Assembly: GCA_047495785.1 (NCBI GenBank)
Contig: JBLDXI010000033.1
Coordinates: forward strand, 2,873,809-2,937,808
DNA: 64,000 bases
Source: Lepidodermella squamata
Lineage: Eukaryota; Animalia; Gastrotricha
Reading direction: 5' to 3'
The notes below the pieces were generated by a model. It was not told the DNA's origin. It saw only the letters and a program-made list of their open reading frames with translations, and made no database searches. Shown here one piece after another: positions 38,670-51,216 of the stretch; positions within the stretch are counted from its first letter, which is position 1; each line of letters begins with the position of its first letter. Both the position numbers and the translations under genes were made by a program.

Positions 38670-38764
38670 ATTAAACATGAAACATGAACCTGTCTGTTTC
38701 CAAACATTATTTAAATCCGTGATTTAACATGAAAACGAAGGTAGTAGAAAACAAGCAAGCGGTG

Positions 38765-39840
38765 TATTTTATTCTTCAATTATTTACAAAACGCCGGCCA
38801 CGGGTGGGCTTTGGGCGCACACCGCGTGATCGCAAGTGATAAGAATTGTAGATTATTATATATTAGTTGTAGTTTATAATTATCGAGGTATTACGTTGTT
38901 TCGATATTAGCGGCAGGTGGATACACAAAAGATTTTAGCGTCTTACGATAGAGATGAGCTAGAGATATTATTCTGGATAAATTTACATTTTTAATATATT
39001 TACAGCAGTTGATTGATTCGTAGATATCTTTCGGGTCGGCATTAGTATCTTCAGAATTGTCATCAATATAATTTTTGTAATACGGAGTACGGAGTATGCT
39101 TACAATTAGTGTACAGGTGAGTTAAGTGGTCGGTCGCATCTAAATGAACTTTGACGGAAGAAAGAAGATCATCGCTGAATTTGAAACAGAAAATACATTT
39201 AATACCAAAATTATTTATATAACAAAAAGGTTTATGAATAGAATTAGTTCGGAGCATAGCTAAAGTTTGAATATTTTTCATCGACCAGAAGGCTTTCCTA
39301 GTACTCGAGTATAGCAAAAATTTGTTATATGTTTCATCGGTATATACTGGATTTTGGTATAATGTTTTTAGGGAGGAGATTGTCGACAATTTGTCGTCGT
39401 TTACCCATCTTTCAAACCATTTCCCAAGTAGGGCAAGACCCTCTTTTAAGCGAATTCTGACATGCATACGCTTGAAGTTCATCTAGCATTTGTTGTAATT
39501 GTTCCGGGCTCTCCGCCATTAACGCAAAGTCGTCTGCGTAAAGTATCGCTAAAATCACGTATTCTCCGAAGGTTAGCCCCGGAAAGATTTTCATTATATG
39601 AGGAATCAAATCGTTTATGAATATGCAAAAAAGGAGCGAGGAGAGCGGGTCTCCCTGCCGCACGCCTACATTCGACGTGATCGGGTGGCTAAACCATATC
39701 GACGACTTCAACCTCAAAAATAACTTATTTTCTGCGTACATGTTTCTTATTACATCGACGAGAAAACAAAGCAGAAGCAAATCAAGTAGAAATTGCGTTT
39801 ATAATTATTCTTATCAAACCGCCCGAAGCATGCGTCTCAC
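38765..39840 (-). mobile_element. Non-LTR retrotransposon RT and 3' end, internally deleted
   Basis: GVRQGDPLSSLLF, LYADD, C-terminal CIFC..HLYTNC zinc knuckle, AATAAA at the 3' end. Confidence 0.85.
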
Positions 39841-39899
39841 TTGTGCTTTTGCTCGAAAACTTCAAAATTTAATCTAGAAAAGAACGCTTTTATCGTTGC

Positions 39900-41780
39900 G
39901 TGCGAAACGAACTGCCAGTTGGCGGGACCACCGGGAAATCGCAAATTCAGCCCCTTTCGAATTATCGAATCCGCGTTCAATCGGCTATGCCCGTTCCACC
40001 GAATGAAGGTCTCGGAATCGATTGCGTCTGGCGACCGGGCGCCCTCCAGGGAGACGCGATTCGGTTGATGGTTGATCCCATTGATTCAACCACTGATTCA
40101 GCAGGAGAGGGTCGAAACGAGAAATTCATGCCGCTGTTCGGGCGTAGAAATTAGGGAACGATTGAATGGTACCGGCTTTTTACCGTCTCGCGTAATTTTC
40201 TCTCTTCCAAACCGGAGTACTTCGTAGACAACATCATCGGTCATTGGAATTTGCGATTCAGCCGCGTTTCTCATGTCACAAGCCGTCGGAACCGCTGAAA
40301 GTTTCGTCAAGCGACACTTGCCTTCATATTCATCCGCGCCGAAACCTTCTCTTTAAAGACGTGGTTAAATCGGCAGCGAAATCCTCAAGCTCTTTGCTAA
40401 CTTCATCGATAACTTTTTTCGCCCGTTGCCAAAAATCGATATGTTGTTTCTTCGAATGTGTTGAATTTAATCATGCCGAACAAGTCGATATATTCTGCGG
40501 TGGCGACCGCTCGTTCGGCTGTCGTTAGTGCGACTTGTTGTACAGTCGTCGATAGTTTGCTGAGCAGCAAATAGACGTCGAACAGCACAACGACTCAAGT
40601 GATGAGGCAAGCGTCAAGCATGTCTGACAGAGAGTGCTTTTGTTCGCGTAAAGCTTGCAGCATAGGGGCAGCCTCGTTGAGAAATGCTGGTATCACGCGG
40701 TGCTGATGAGCAGCAAACTTTGTCTCGCTTTCGTTCTTCAAAATCAACAGCTTGCGATCTGGAAGCAGTGCTGAGTGGGCCTGTCGCAGCAGTCGACCGC
40801 GGCACCGTGTTGAATGTCCTGTCGACCCAGGAGCGCAATTTGCGAGCGTCGTCTTCGGCTAAAAAATGAAAATTTGTTTTATTCGAATCGAAACATTTAA
40901 TCAATCGAACTAACCGATTCCAGTCAAATGTGCAGGATCCCACCAATAACATCTCTCCCTGCCATCTGGAAACGGGGCAGAAGCCTTTCAAGCTCACCTG
41001 GCACATCCAGCTGAAAATATTGGCCATCGAAGCTGCCACCGTGAATTTGCCGACTGATTTCGAACGATTCAGCCACCGAGAAGATGTGTTTAGCCAGTGC
41101 TTCGCTAGTGTGGCCGGATTTAAGTACAGCTGCTCGAGTTGAGGAGTGTTTGACCAAACAGCCGACCATTTGATAGGTTCGATGATGCACCGTCATCTTG
41201 TCAGCTAATAGCATGACTGGCGGGGGTTTGTTAGTGCACTCGAGAGGCGCTGTAATTTTCGAAACAAATTCCTCGCGGCAGACGGCGGCGAACAAGGGAC
41301 GCATAGAACGTAGAAACTCAGCACTGTGGTTCAGATTTCCGACTTTTCCTTGTTCTCCTCGCAAACAGACATTGTTTGTTCGAATATTCTGGTCCATCCT
41401 TGAAAATTTGATAGCAATGGCGACCAACGCACATTCCAAATTTTTTGTTGCGAAGTTCAATTTTCCGAGCCTCAGCATCCGCGGCTTCGAGTTGCAGAAC
41501 GTTATGCTTGCGTCTAGCTATAATAAGGCAGCGATAAATCGTATTCAAATGTGAATTTCAAGGCGGCTTACCTGTTACGTAAAAATGCTTGATGACAACG
41601 GTTTTCAGGTTCACGAATTGCACGGGTTGATTTTCTTCTGCGTGAAATTTGATCGGCAAATCGGAAGGATAAGTAAACGACAGTTTGCAAGCCCTGCATG
41701 CGACTTTCTTGAATTTTGTGATGACGAGCCATTTGTTGATTTCCGGAAATTTGTTCGCATCGCTGCAATTTCGAAGCAGC
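39900..41780 (-). mobile_element. Degraded DDE transposase, Dada-like (hAT-related alternative)
   Basis: Across frameshifts: N-terminal CRAC..H finger, LLADKMT, SFDGQYF, WDPAH, AESVVESMGS (~40076-40102) and FIRWNG. Confidence 0.6.
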
Positions 41781-41817
41781 GTTTCGGCGTGTAACGCGCT
41801 ACACGAGTGCTCGAAAA

Positions 41818-41895
41818 GTGTCGTACCCGGGGATTGAACCCGGGCTGCCTTTCTGAGAAGGCACGGCTCTAACCTTTGAGCCACCATGGCCGACA
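41818..41895 (-). other. tRNA-like Pol III A/B-box element next to the transposase 5' end
   Basis: Minus strand: TGGTGGCTCAAAGGTTAGAGC..GCCTT-CTCAGA-AAGGC..CCGGGTTCAATCCCCGG; non-canonical anticodon loop. Confidence 0.6.
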
Positions 41896-42529
41896 CACAC
41901 TCCGTGTTCGCTTACGCGGTTGTAAGGGGACCAGGAGGAGAGATGGGAGGTGGACTCGCTCCCTATACGGCGTTTTCCGGTAGCAGATTTTGTGCTTGAT
42001 CCGAGGTGATTTTTGTCGGCGGCGGCGTAGGTTGAGCTATTTGTAAGCGGCCGAGCGCTTCAGTTGGAGTTTTAATTGTTGCCTCGTACGATTTTACTTG
42101 AGCTGGAAATATGGGCTTTATATAAATTTGAATATGGAGGAAAATCGCTATTTACCTAGTAGTGCTTCACACGATGCGCAAGAAACGGCAGGCTTGGGCT
42201 TAGCATTGGGCTTGGGGGCTTGGAGGCTTTGACCACCTTCGAGCGGGGTGCATTTTCGAGCGTTACTGGATCGGCAGGCGAAGTAACACGCGGCAGACTT
42301 TCGTCAAATTTATATATTTAAATATGACGCTATTTCAAATCAACTACTGCTTATCGTTACCGTTTAAGGCAGATAATTGCCCGTCGGTTGTTTGAGGCAA
42401 TGTATCGACTGACCGATTTTCGCTCGAAACGATTTGCGGCGTAATCGCGCTGATCTCAGTTCCGTCATTCGCATCTATTTCTAGAGCGGGCGCCGCAACA
42501 CTCGCCACGGGTGAATTGCCTAGATCTGT

Positions 42530-43140
42530 CGTTCCGATTCCCCAACATAAATGTGACTTCCTCCCATAGAATTGCTGTGGATATGGAAGGAGCTATTTTC
42601 GCTGTTGACTTCGTTAAGGCCGATTCAACTTATTCTCAACCTGGAATTTCCTGATGACGGGATCCGTTATCTTCATATCTTCACATCTTACTATCGGCAT
42701 CAACGAAATCGCCGATATACGGTAGTAAAAGAAAATCCATACACTGATTATGGCGGCGGTGTTGCTATTCTGATGAAGAAGTCCTTCCACAAAGGAAGGC
42801 GACTTTCCATCACTAATCTGCCGCTGATCGAAAAGCTAGACGTATCAGTCGAGTCGAAACATGGAAAGTTCATCCTCGGCGCCGTCTACAACCCGCGCCC
42901 GACCGACTGTTCTATTGGGGACTTGAGGTTTTCACCGACAACCTCACAGAAAAGGCCGATGGCAATCGAATCATTATTGGGGGCGATTTAACTACGACTT
43001 GCGCCAAAGCCGAGTAAAGCTTGCTCTCGAAGCCGTTTTTTGAGGGTGCGAAGCTCTAGCTTGGCTTGCCTGACTGCCCAGTCAATCGCTATGAGGAAAT
43101 CCAAGCCCAGCTGCTTCGATCACATCTGGCTGTCTGTCTG
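42530..43140 (+). mobile_element. LINE APE endonuclease fragment (5' part also at ~31375-31640)
   Basis: GGGVAILMK, ILGAVYNP, IIGGD and CFDHIW-like motifs. Confidence 0.75.
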
Positions 43141-43261
43141 TCAAAATGTTTGCGTCCTGAACGTATGAGCCTTTCATTGACGACCTTGGTGTATTTTATT
43201 CTTTCCGTCTAGAACTGAAGAAACAGCCTGAGAAGAAAACCAGAAGAATTGAACAAAAGCA

Positions 43262-44460
43262 ATGGGTATCTTTGCCAATTTCATTGTTTTGACCTCGTTA
43301 CGCGAAAAACCTCTAAACCTTCGAGTATCTGTGTAGCAAGAGGCAGCTCCTCGAAGAAAATACTCTTATTGCATCGATCGGCGAATTTAGCTTTCAGGGC
43401 TAATGGACTCCCACCGCACATGACGCGACAATAATAATCTGATGGCTTTGATCGCTGAGATAGACTCATCCGAGAACCATCCAAGTCTGATTCCATCCAC
43501 AGTTGAAACTGCTGCTTCCAATCTGCTTTCGCAAATAGAGACAGACGCGAAGTTGTGCAATACGGCGAAACGATAACCTCGTTTTTGGCAATGGCGAAGT
43601 GACGAGATGAGAGAGCCGGAGATTCGCGCAACCTCTCTAAGGCCAGAGAGAATCTCCTCGCTGGCAACGCCTTGAATTATGATTCATTTGTCTTGTACAT
43701 CTAATTATACATAGGTCGCCACGGCACTAACGCCGCCCTGGTTAGTTGATAGCGGATGATGTTAGCATGTTACTGCGAGCCATGATTACGTTATACTGAG
43801 TTCTATCCGAAATGATTCTAAAGCAAAGAGATCTAAAATGGTAGCTTATTGCATTCAATTGGTGAGATGTACTTTTTTCCTGCTACTTCTGGTGCGAAGC
43901 GTGCATTAATGAGAAATGTACATTATATTCCGAATCTGTCCGCAAATCTCTTAAGCAGTGTAACTCAGCTCGTATTATCAGGAAAGAAAGTCGCCTTTGA
44001 AGGTAGTCACTGTGGTGATGGGTGAGGAATCCATGGTCTTGGCTGATTTGATCGGCAAGCTTTGGTATGTGTGTGGCGTAACGGTCGCCAGCGCGACGCC
44101 CTCTACTCCTTCGACCGCTTCCCTTCTTCTCCTGATTATCTTGTAAAGTGGCATGGATGTTTAGTGCACTTGAATGTGAGTGAAGTCAAATGCATGGCCT
44201 CTCACGGTTTAATTGGACTCTAAGGAAAATCTTCTTAGTAGGGGAAAGTCCATAAGCTTGTCCACCGGCGAGTTGAGCATGCACAGAGCCGCGGTGTTCT
44301 TGATTTAGTTCATACTGATTTGGCAGGTCCTGAGCGGACTGCCGGGCTTTTTAATCATGATTTGTACCTCCTGTCATTCAAAGATGATTATTCTTCCTGC
44401 AATATAGGTTTCCCGCTTGTTACAAAGGGTTATATTGTTGCTACGATCATCTCTTATCGC
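43262..44460 (+). mobile_element. Ty1/copia-like fragment, copy B
   Basis: VHYIPNLSANLL, KWHGCLVHLN, VLDLVHTDLAGP..YLLSFKDDYS (protease, GAG-pre-integrase and integrase remnants). Confidence 0.75.
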
Positions 44461-46658
44461 AAACTGCGAAATCAAATTGCGGGTTTGCGGTCAAATACCG
44501 CCAACCGAATAAACTCGAGCGCAACCACAAGGGCTACGTTGATGCGTGCCATCCGCTATCTTGGCGTGCCATCGGACAGCTTGCGGCAGACAACGTGAGG
44601 GACAGCTCTTTGCCAATCACGATTGGCCGGAGTGAAAACCACCGTCAATCTCTCGCCATCGTCGTCACAGCCGCCGAACGCCGAATACGCCCGCCGCTCC
44701 TTTGTCGTCTCGTCTCAGCCTACATCAGCCTGTCGGTGAGTAACAATCAAGTATTATCAATTTTTATTTTCTTGCTTGTTTTCCAGATCCTCGCCCTTCT
44801 GTAACAAAACGAAGAAATTCTGCTCACTGCTGCCGACCCGAGTCAACCGGCCAATTGCCGCGCTCCCGCCCTCGGCTCGAATAAATGGGCTATATTCACT
44901 TGATATTCACTTGTCACGGAGTCTTCGACTACGACCGCTTGGCGGACGGCATCGCCTAGCCAACCAGCGCCAATAAATCAAACAGCACGACAATCGACGA
45001 CTCGAGTGCTCATGTGTAGCTCGAATCTTTTGAAGCACGTTTTGTTGCTGTTTTCTCTGTTTTCTCTTAAGTTCACAATATTATTGAACAGTCACGTATC
45101 GTTTTATTTTCGGCGACCAAATTCGGCGATGCGACGAGCTAGTGGGGCAACGATGAGCGCCGTCTTCACGCTGCGCCTGATGCTGAAGCTGCCGGCGCCG
45201 CCCATCCGGCCCACTGGCCGACTCATGAGGTACAGCACAGAGGTGAAACTTGACTATGTCAGGATATTTCCAGTCTCCAGTGAGCAAAACTATCGTTTTC
45301 AACCAGGAAAACCACAGCGACATTCTTGTCATCGTTTTCTGCCTGAGGACTTCGCATTGATCGTCAGTCGTCAGCGCTGGTTTACTTGGTTGTACTAAAA
45401 TGTAAAAACTTAGACCTGCGTTTGAATGCTTGCCGCTTGTCTGCAATAATTCGATTTAGAAGCCAGCAAGACGCCATTGAATTTCTTCCATAGAAACTCG
45501 GTGAATTTTCATAAGTTCCGATGGCTGCGTCCAGCATGTGAATATTCGAATATTTGAACTACGTTCGATCAGTAGGTAACTGCGCAGAGTTCATGCTAAC
45601 GTCTGGTAATCTAGATTTGCTTTTATACAGGGTGAGCAAAGAATAAAGTTCGGTCTGGGCTGTCAATTCGTGAGGTGCGGAAACTGGCAGTAGTCGCCCG
45701 TCCATTACTATGCTAAAACTTGATAAGCTGTACGAATTACGGTAAGAGTGCTGACATGTTAATTGCCTGCTGATAAACGTTCTCATCTTTGTTTTTCATG
45801 CATGTAGCCCTTGGAGCGGAAATGAAGCGGTTACGAAGAAGAGAAGCTGCCGTAGCAAGGCAAACGAAATTTTGGCTGTGCCTGATGCCTGAAATGCTGC
45901 TGAAAATAGGTTGCTGGAATATGGAATACCTGGCACATCTCAAAAATTTACATCTCATTCCGCGATAACATACTACGCATCGACAGGAGCAATTTCAATT
46001 TCGGTAAAAAGAAGCGCGCATTTGACGTGTGTGTGCGAAATGATGAGGAGTCGATTGAATCATTCAAAGCAATCGCTATTGGATTTTTCGAAGGGTGCCA
46101 ACTTGGATTCGAACTCGAGTCGGATTAAATAAACTTATAAACTATGCCACGTCATCTCGCGTTTTGAAGCAGCAATCAGCGGACTCCCACTCGCACTTAC
46201 GACTAACAATTTTTGCGCACATTTGTGCTGATGCAATTAATTACTCTTCGCATTTTTCTCTCTTGAGCTCAATTCATGCTTGAATGAAAACTTCGAAGCA
46301 ATGAAATTAAAATAAAAAGTCTCAAAATGCCGGAAACAATCTGTTTTATTCGGAATTTCACAGCACAGAATCAGGGTTATAGATTGAAAAGGTGTTTCGG
46401 TCTTTGAATTTTTTATCACAGCAGCGGTTTCTTTTTGCGCGGAGCAGTCGTCATCGGCTTCTGTGCGATGCGACGTTCCAGGTCTGAAAACAATACAATG
46501 TTAGACAGAAGGTATTGAATTGAAGCGTAAAATTTACCCATGATAGCGTGTTGAAGGCGGTCACGTTCAGCATTCAGCTGACGGCCAGCTTCTTCCTCGG
46601 CCTCTAACCGGCCCTCCTCCTTTGCTGAAAGTTACTCGATGGAGTTTATTGAAGCGAT

Positions 46659-46934
46659 ATGCCGCTGAGTGGGCGGAATTCGCGTCGTGATAATGGTGAC
46701 TATTTATCCCCATCAATTTCCAACGCTTCAATTCGTGTTCAAATGTATGAAAAACACCAGAAGCAAATCGCTGATTTAAAGGCGTATTACGAGGAAGAGC
46801 TCGACGAGTTGAAGGCGAAAGTCCACCAATTAGAAACGCATCAGCCGAAGATACGGCTAGAACGAGCAGCGTTCTCCTTACCCCGCCATCTCTCTTCCAA
46901 TCCAACAATAAGAGAAGCTCGAATGAGCACCTGA
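46659..46934 (+). pseudogene. Isolated coiled-coil gene fragment, MPHOSPH9-like
   Basis: EKHQKQIADLKAYYEEELDELK resembles the recalled MPHOSPH9 motif EKHARHIADLRAYYESEI. Confidence 0.5.
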
Positions 46935-47112
46935 TCTGTCTCTAAAATAATGATCTCAGTGAATAAATTGAGAGTGACCACACACAAATTAACTAAAATT
47001 AATGGGCAAAATATAATCTCAAACCTATTGTGATCCCGATCATATATCGCCTGAGGCAGCTATTACCTACTGGCAATACCTTTGATTGATTATTAATATT
47101 TCAAAATTATTA

Positions 47113-47427
47113 TTATACACGGACAGCAATAACATGAACGTTTTTTGAAAATTTGACGCACTCTAGGAGATCGCCAATTCGGTACCGGTAGAACCCAACT
47201 ATGGTTGTGACTATTAATTCGTATCGCTTGCCAACTTCAAGCTCCTCCATGAAGTAAATTCTCGGATTCTCAGCATTGATTTCACTTTCTTCGATGAACT
47301 CGAACACCGCTTGGTTTGGAGACAACGTAAACAGAGGCTCATCTGTGCCGAATGGTGTGCACAGCTCACCGAGGTTCACGGAGTAGAAAGTTTCACTAGA
47401 GCAAATGCCGCCAGTGAAAAATCGCAC
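47113..47427 (-). pseudogene. GH3-domain (GHDC-like) gene fragment
   Basis: SSE..VNL, AVFEFI, ELEVGKRYELIVTT..GFYRYRIGD are GH3 family motifs; no flanking exons found. Confidence 0.8.
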
Positions 47428-47562
47428 TTACATGGCCCCGAGCCCCAAGCCCACCGCGCTATCTACGACTGAATCTTCCAAGCCTATCAAAGCCGACTGA
47501 ATGAACGTTTTATCAATTTATTTATTGAAAAATATCACAAAATGTGCATTTAAAAGCTAATA

Positions 47563-48061
47563 CAGTGGTCCTTTGATATAACGAACCACCACCGCGCCAG
47601 CCAAAAAAGTTCGTTATAAGAAAAGTTCGCTACAACAAAGGTTAAAACTTGACTGACATCCGGCTCGTCGAATTCAGATAACCCAGATTCTGCTGATGAT
47701 TCTTTGTAAGAATAGTCAGAGGACGCATCGCTTTTGCTTTTGCTTCTTTTTACTCATTTTAAACAAGCATTGAATGAGAGAAATGTCTATTCTTGGGAAA
47801 ATACTTTTGTTACTGTGTCATCAGCATGGAAAGAGCGCGCGCGAAGCTCTGGTTCGTTATAAGTAAGGTAAAAAAACACGTGTGCTTAGTGCGACGAGCC
47901 ATCTGGAACCGTTCGTTATAGGGAAAAGTTCGCTATAGAAAGCTCGCTATAACAAAGGTTCTTTATATGCAAAATGTCCAATTTTGGCACGAGCCACCGA
48001 TTTTGGTTCGTTATAGCCAAAGTTCGCTATATCACCGGTTCGTTATATCAAAGGACCACTG
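47563..48061. mobile_element. Tc1/mariner (pogo/Tigger-type) MITE with TA TSD
   Basis: Perfect 25-bp TIR CAGTGGTCCTTTGATATAACGAACC, TA flanks, internal GTTCGYTATA repeats. Confidence 0.92.
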
Positions 48062-48231
48062 TAAATACTGTGGAAATATTCAGTTTTTGTCCCGAGTGAA
48101 AGTTATGATTGAATGGCGAATAGTTTTGAATTCCTCCCGCTGCCTTAGCATTCCGTTATATCCTCTTTCACCTATTTAATATTATAAATGATGACGAATT
48201 AGGAGTGGTGAAAAGGTGGGAAAACGACTCA

Positions 48232-48730
48232 CCGTAGTATGAACTAGGATCTGGCCACTCAGGAATGCCGAATCGTTTGGAAACTATCAACATGACGGTG
48301 TGGTCGTGTCGATTAGCGACAAAAGTGTTGTTTTCCTTCGTCGGACTCAACGCTAGATATCTGTTGAAAACCGGCTGCGACGGCAGATTCATTTCGGTAT
48401 CGCTGGCTTCGTTCACAATGCGCTCATCCTGGTTGTAAGTCAGCCAAGCTGATGTGAAAACCAGAGATTTCAACGATTTCCGCAGTATAACTATCCCCGT
48501 CATTCGCTGCATTGTATTTGAGCAATTGTTGGCTTCCGAGCAGTCCATGAGCAACATAGAATCTGGCTTCGTATACTGCCGTTTCTTCAGCCCAGCGCTG
48601 AATACCACCATGTCTTGTTGCCGCTCGGCCATAAGGCAGATGTGGTCTTCTGGCGAGGCGATGAACAGCGATCCAGAGTCGGGGTAAAACAGAACATCGC
48701 CTTCGTTCATTTCGAGCAGGGTTTTGTAAA
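48232..48730 (-). CDS. Exon-like ORF of an unidentified protein, possibly a fragment
   Basis: Stop-free ~165 codons bounded by a TTTACAG acceptor and a GTGAGT donor; no family recognised. Confidence 0.35.
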
Positions 48731-49459
48731 CTGTAAAAATTTCGATGAAAATAAAAAACGGGTTAAATTTTCACAACTTATGAACGGCTTCCAAACAGCG
48801 TAACCAGCGAGGATGTACCGAGATAGTAAAACCCGATTGATATCTGCAAAAAAATCGTCGATCGACGACCGATTGAATTGAATGCAAATATCAAATCCGA
48901 ATTCTAAGCCAGATTCACAATTTCTCTGTAAAAAAAACCAGATCTGCGGATGTCAGCTATGAGTTTTTGGGGTTGTGGCTTACCTGTTGGGACCGCTGAT
49001 ACATAATGTGCGAATAATTGATCAAAATACGCCGACCTTTGACGGATTTACACTGCTCGCGTTTTAGTGAGCTATTAGCCACCTTAATTACAACATTTTC
49101 AATGACGAAAATGCCGCTTCGAGGGCTAATTTTGGAGGCTGTTGAACTTCTTCGGGCCGGGTTTGAACAGCTACATTTTTAGTTGCACATTCGGGAACAA
49201 TTAAAAATCGGCTGAAGCAGTAGACAGCGGCTAATATTGCCACCACTATAGTAAACGAAAATATTGCTGAGAATACCGAGCAATGTCATTGCAAAATAAG
49301 CAGCAATAAAGAAGACGACGAGGTTGTGCTTGGTCTTTGGCTTTTCATTTATTTTTCATACTCATGTCTCAAAGAAATGAGTTCTTCTCAAAAGAGATTC
49401 GCATTACCGAAATGGGGGCGCGAAAAAACAAAAGCGATAACGAGGACCACACCGTTGAA

Positions 49460-50410
49460 TTAAGCTGACTTGGGTTTCTTGCTGAAGTAAGCTTTGCGGA
49501 AGTAGTCCGCGAACAAAACAAAGTACGTCGAGTAGATAGTAGATACCGAGGGCGAGGAATATCGACTCGTAGCAAACTTCCCACTTGGCTCCGCTCAGCT
49601 TGTAGTAAAGGGCTGAAAAGTTGATGATGTATCCAATGATCTAAATCGGGATTAATAAATTGAAACTTTGGTTATTTTGAGGAATGACAAAACCCTATAC
49701 CATTTTGCGAGATTTGAAGATCAGTGATAGCCATTTGAGCAAAGCGAGGGACCATAATTCGAGCAGAGCGCAGGCAGTAATAGGAATACATGGCGTGAAC
49801 AAACGAGTTCAAAGCAACATAAAAAAAATCCTGAAAATTGAAAATTATACTATATCGCCTTGATGGAGGAAATTCAAACTTACACATTCGGAGGAAGAGG
49901 TTCGACACCGAGCGAGAACCAGCACAAAATTACAACAGTAATATGGTGGTAATAATGAAGAAAATGCTATAATAAATGACGAAATTCAGTGTTACCTTTG
50001 GTGTCTTTTGACTAAAAAAACTCACCAGAGGTTACTTTCTAAGAACGATGAACAAAGTGTCGACAAATTCCATCGGTTTGGTCAAGACAAAGAGATCGTG
50101 CCAAAAGGGGAGAGGCAGAATTTTTTCGTACTCGATAAAGCACATCATCGGATACCAAGGCATCGTGAAGCTTCGCTTAAAAAAATACGGCCACACCTTG
50201 ACGGCCACGGCTATGCTGAAAACGGCCATGAAGATGTTCCACAAAGCCAGAGCTATCAAATTGATAATTTGATTAATTTAATTTAATTTTGACGCAGTCT
50301 CGGGGAGAAAGGCTTGCGATCTTGCATCATTCGACGACCGATAAACAATAACGCGAGATAGACGGCTCCGGCCGCGACTGATATCCATCGGTTTTTCAAC
50401 ATCCATAGCG
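49460..50410 (-). pseudogene. ELOVL3/6-type fatty acid elongase pseudogene
   Basis: LALWN, KPMEFVDTLFIVLRK, FLHYYHH, LNSFVHAMYSYY, FRKAY; in-frame TAA at 50032-50034, AT-rich insert ~50262-50290, frameshift in the last exon. Confidence 0.88.
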
Positions 50411-51216
50411 TTGTTGGGAAGTAGGCGAGCAGCATGTCGGACTGCGAGATCGACTTCAAGGCGTTGTTGTCATAGCCCTCAAACTGTTCATTGGTCTGTT
50501 TCGTTGGGTTGTAGGCGAAAGCCAAGCGGCGCGCGTGGTCCAACGTGGCGTCCGAGGCGGCGTCGCGAGGCATACTCGCCAAGCACCGCATATAGTACCA
50601 GTAATGGATAAGTTATAACTCTGTTTTCGGACAAGGTGAGATAACTAATCGAATTCTGAAGCAAAATTTTACCTTCAACTTCGATCGAGCCAGCCTTGAA
50701 GTGTTTTTCCCAGGCCATAGTGTGCGAGTTCAAAATCGAAGTGAAATCGGACGACTTTGTCCGGAACTCTTTGAACTCGTCGAGCGACTATTTACACCAT
50801 GAGCAATTAGGTTGAAATTTATTAAATGATTTTTATTATACCCTCTTGTCCTTTGATGGTGCGACGGTTTGAAGAATGAGCAGATCTGACTGAGTCGCGT
50901 CCTTTAGGAATACGAATTGCAAGCTGGTATCGGCAGATGAGGTAATTGGGCTGCTGGAGTATATGACTATCTCTGAATCGCTACTGTCCGCCGCACCGTT
51001 CACACTGACAGTTCGTTGACTAGACAAAACGTTGATAACAATGTCAACTAGAAAAATATTAAAAAAATTGCTTACAATGCATCGACGCCCTCAGAAGTGG
51101 GGACCGGCTCTCGCTGCGCATTAAGGTTGAGATCTTCGTTGAAATGCTTGACAAGCGTCGATCGGCGAAGTCTCTGCCGATGCAGCTGCAGATTTTCGAC
51201 GCGATGCGGCTTGGCC
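50411..51216 (-). pseudogene. GH65/PGGHG-like glycosidase fragments, internally deleted and joined to ELOVL
   Basis: HTMAWEKHFKAGSIEVEG, WYYMRCLASMP and EQFEGY..ISQSDMLLAYFP resemble GH65 H..AW, LYYLLS and EFDGY..KQADVVLLGYP. Confidence 0.55.

Noticed and set aside
41818-41895. UGA-suppressor or Sec tRNA (TCA in the loop)
   Set aside because: Loop geometry is wrong, the acceptor stem is irregular and there is no long variable arm
50032-50034. TAA reassignment or readthrough in ELOVL
   Set aside because: RPL3 terminates at TAA and the ELOVL copy has further frameshifts, so it is a pseudogene
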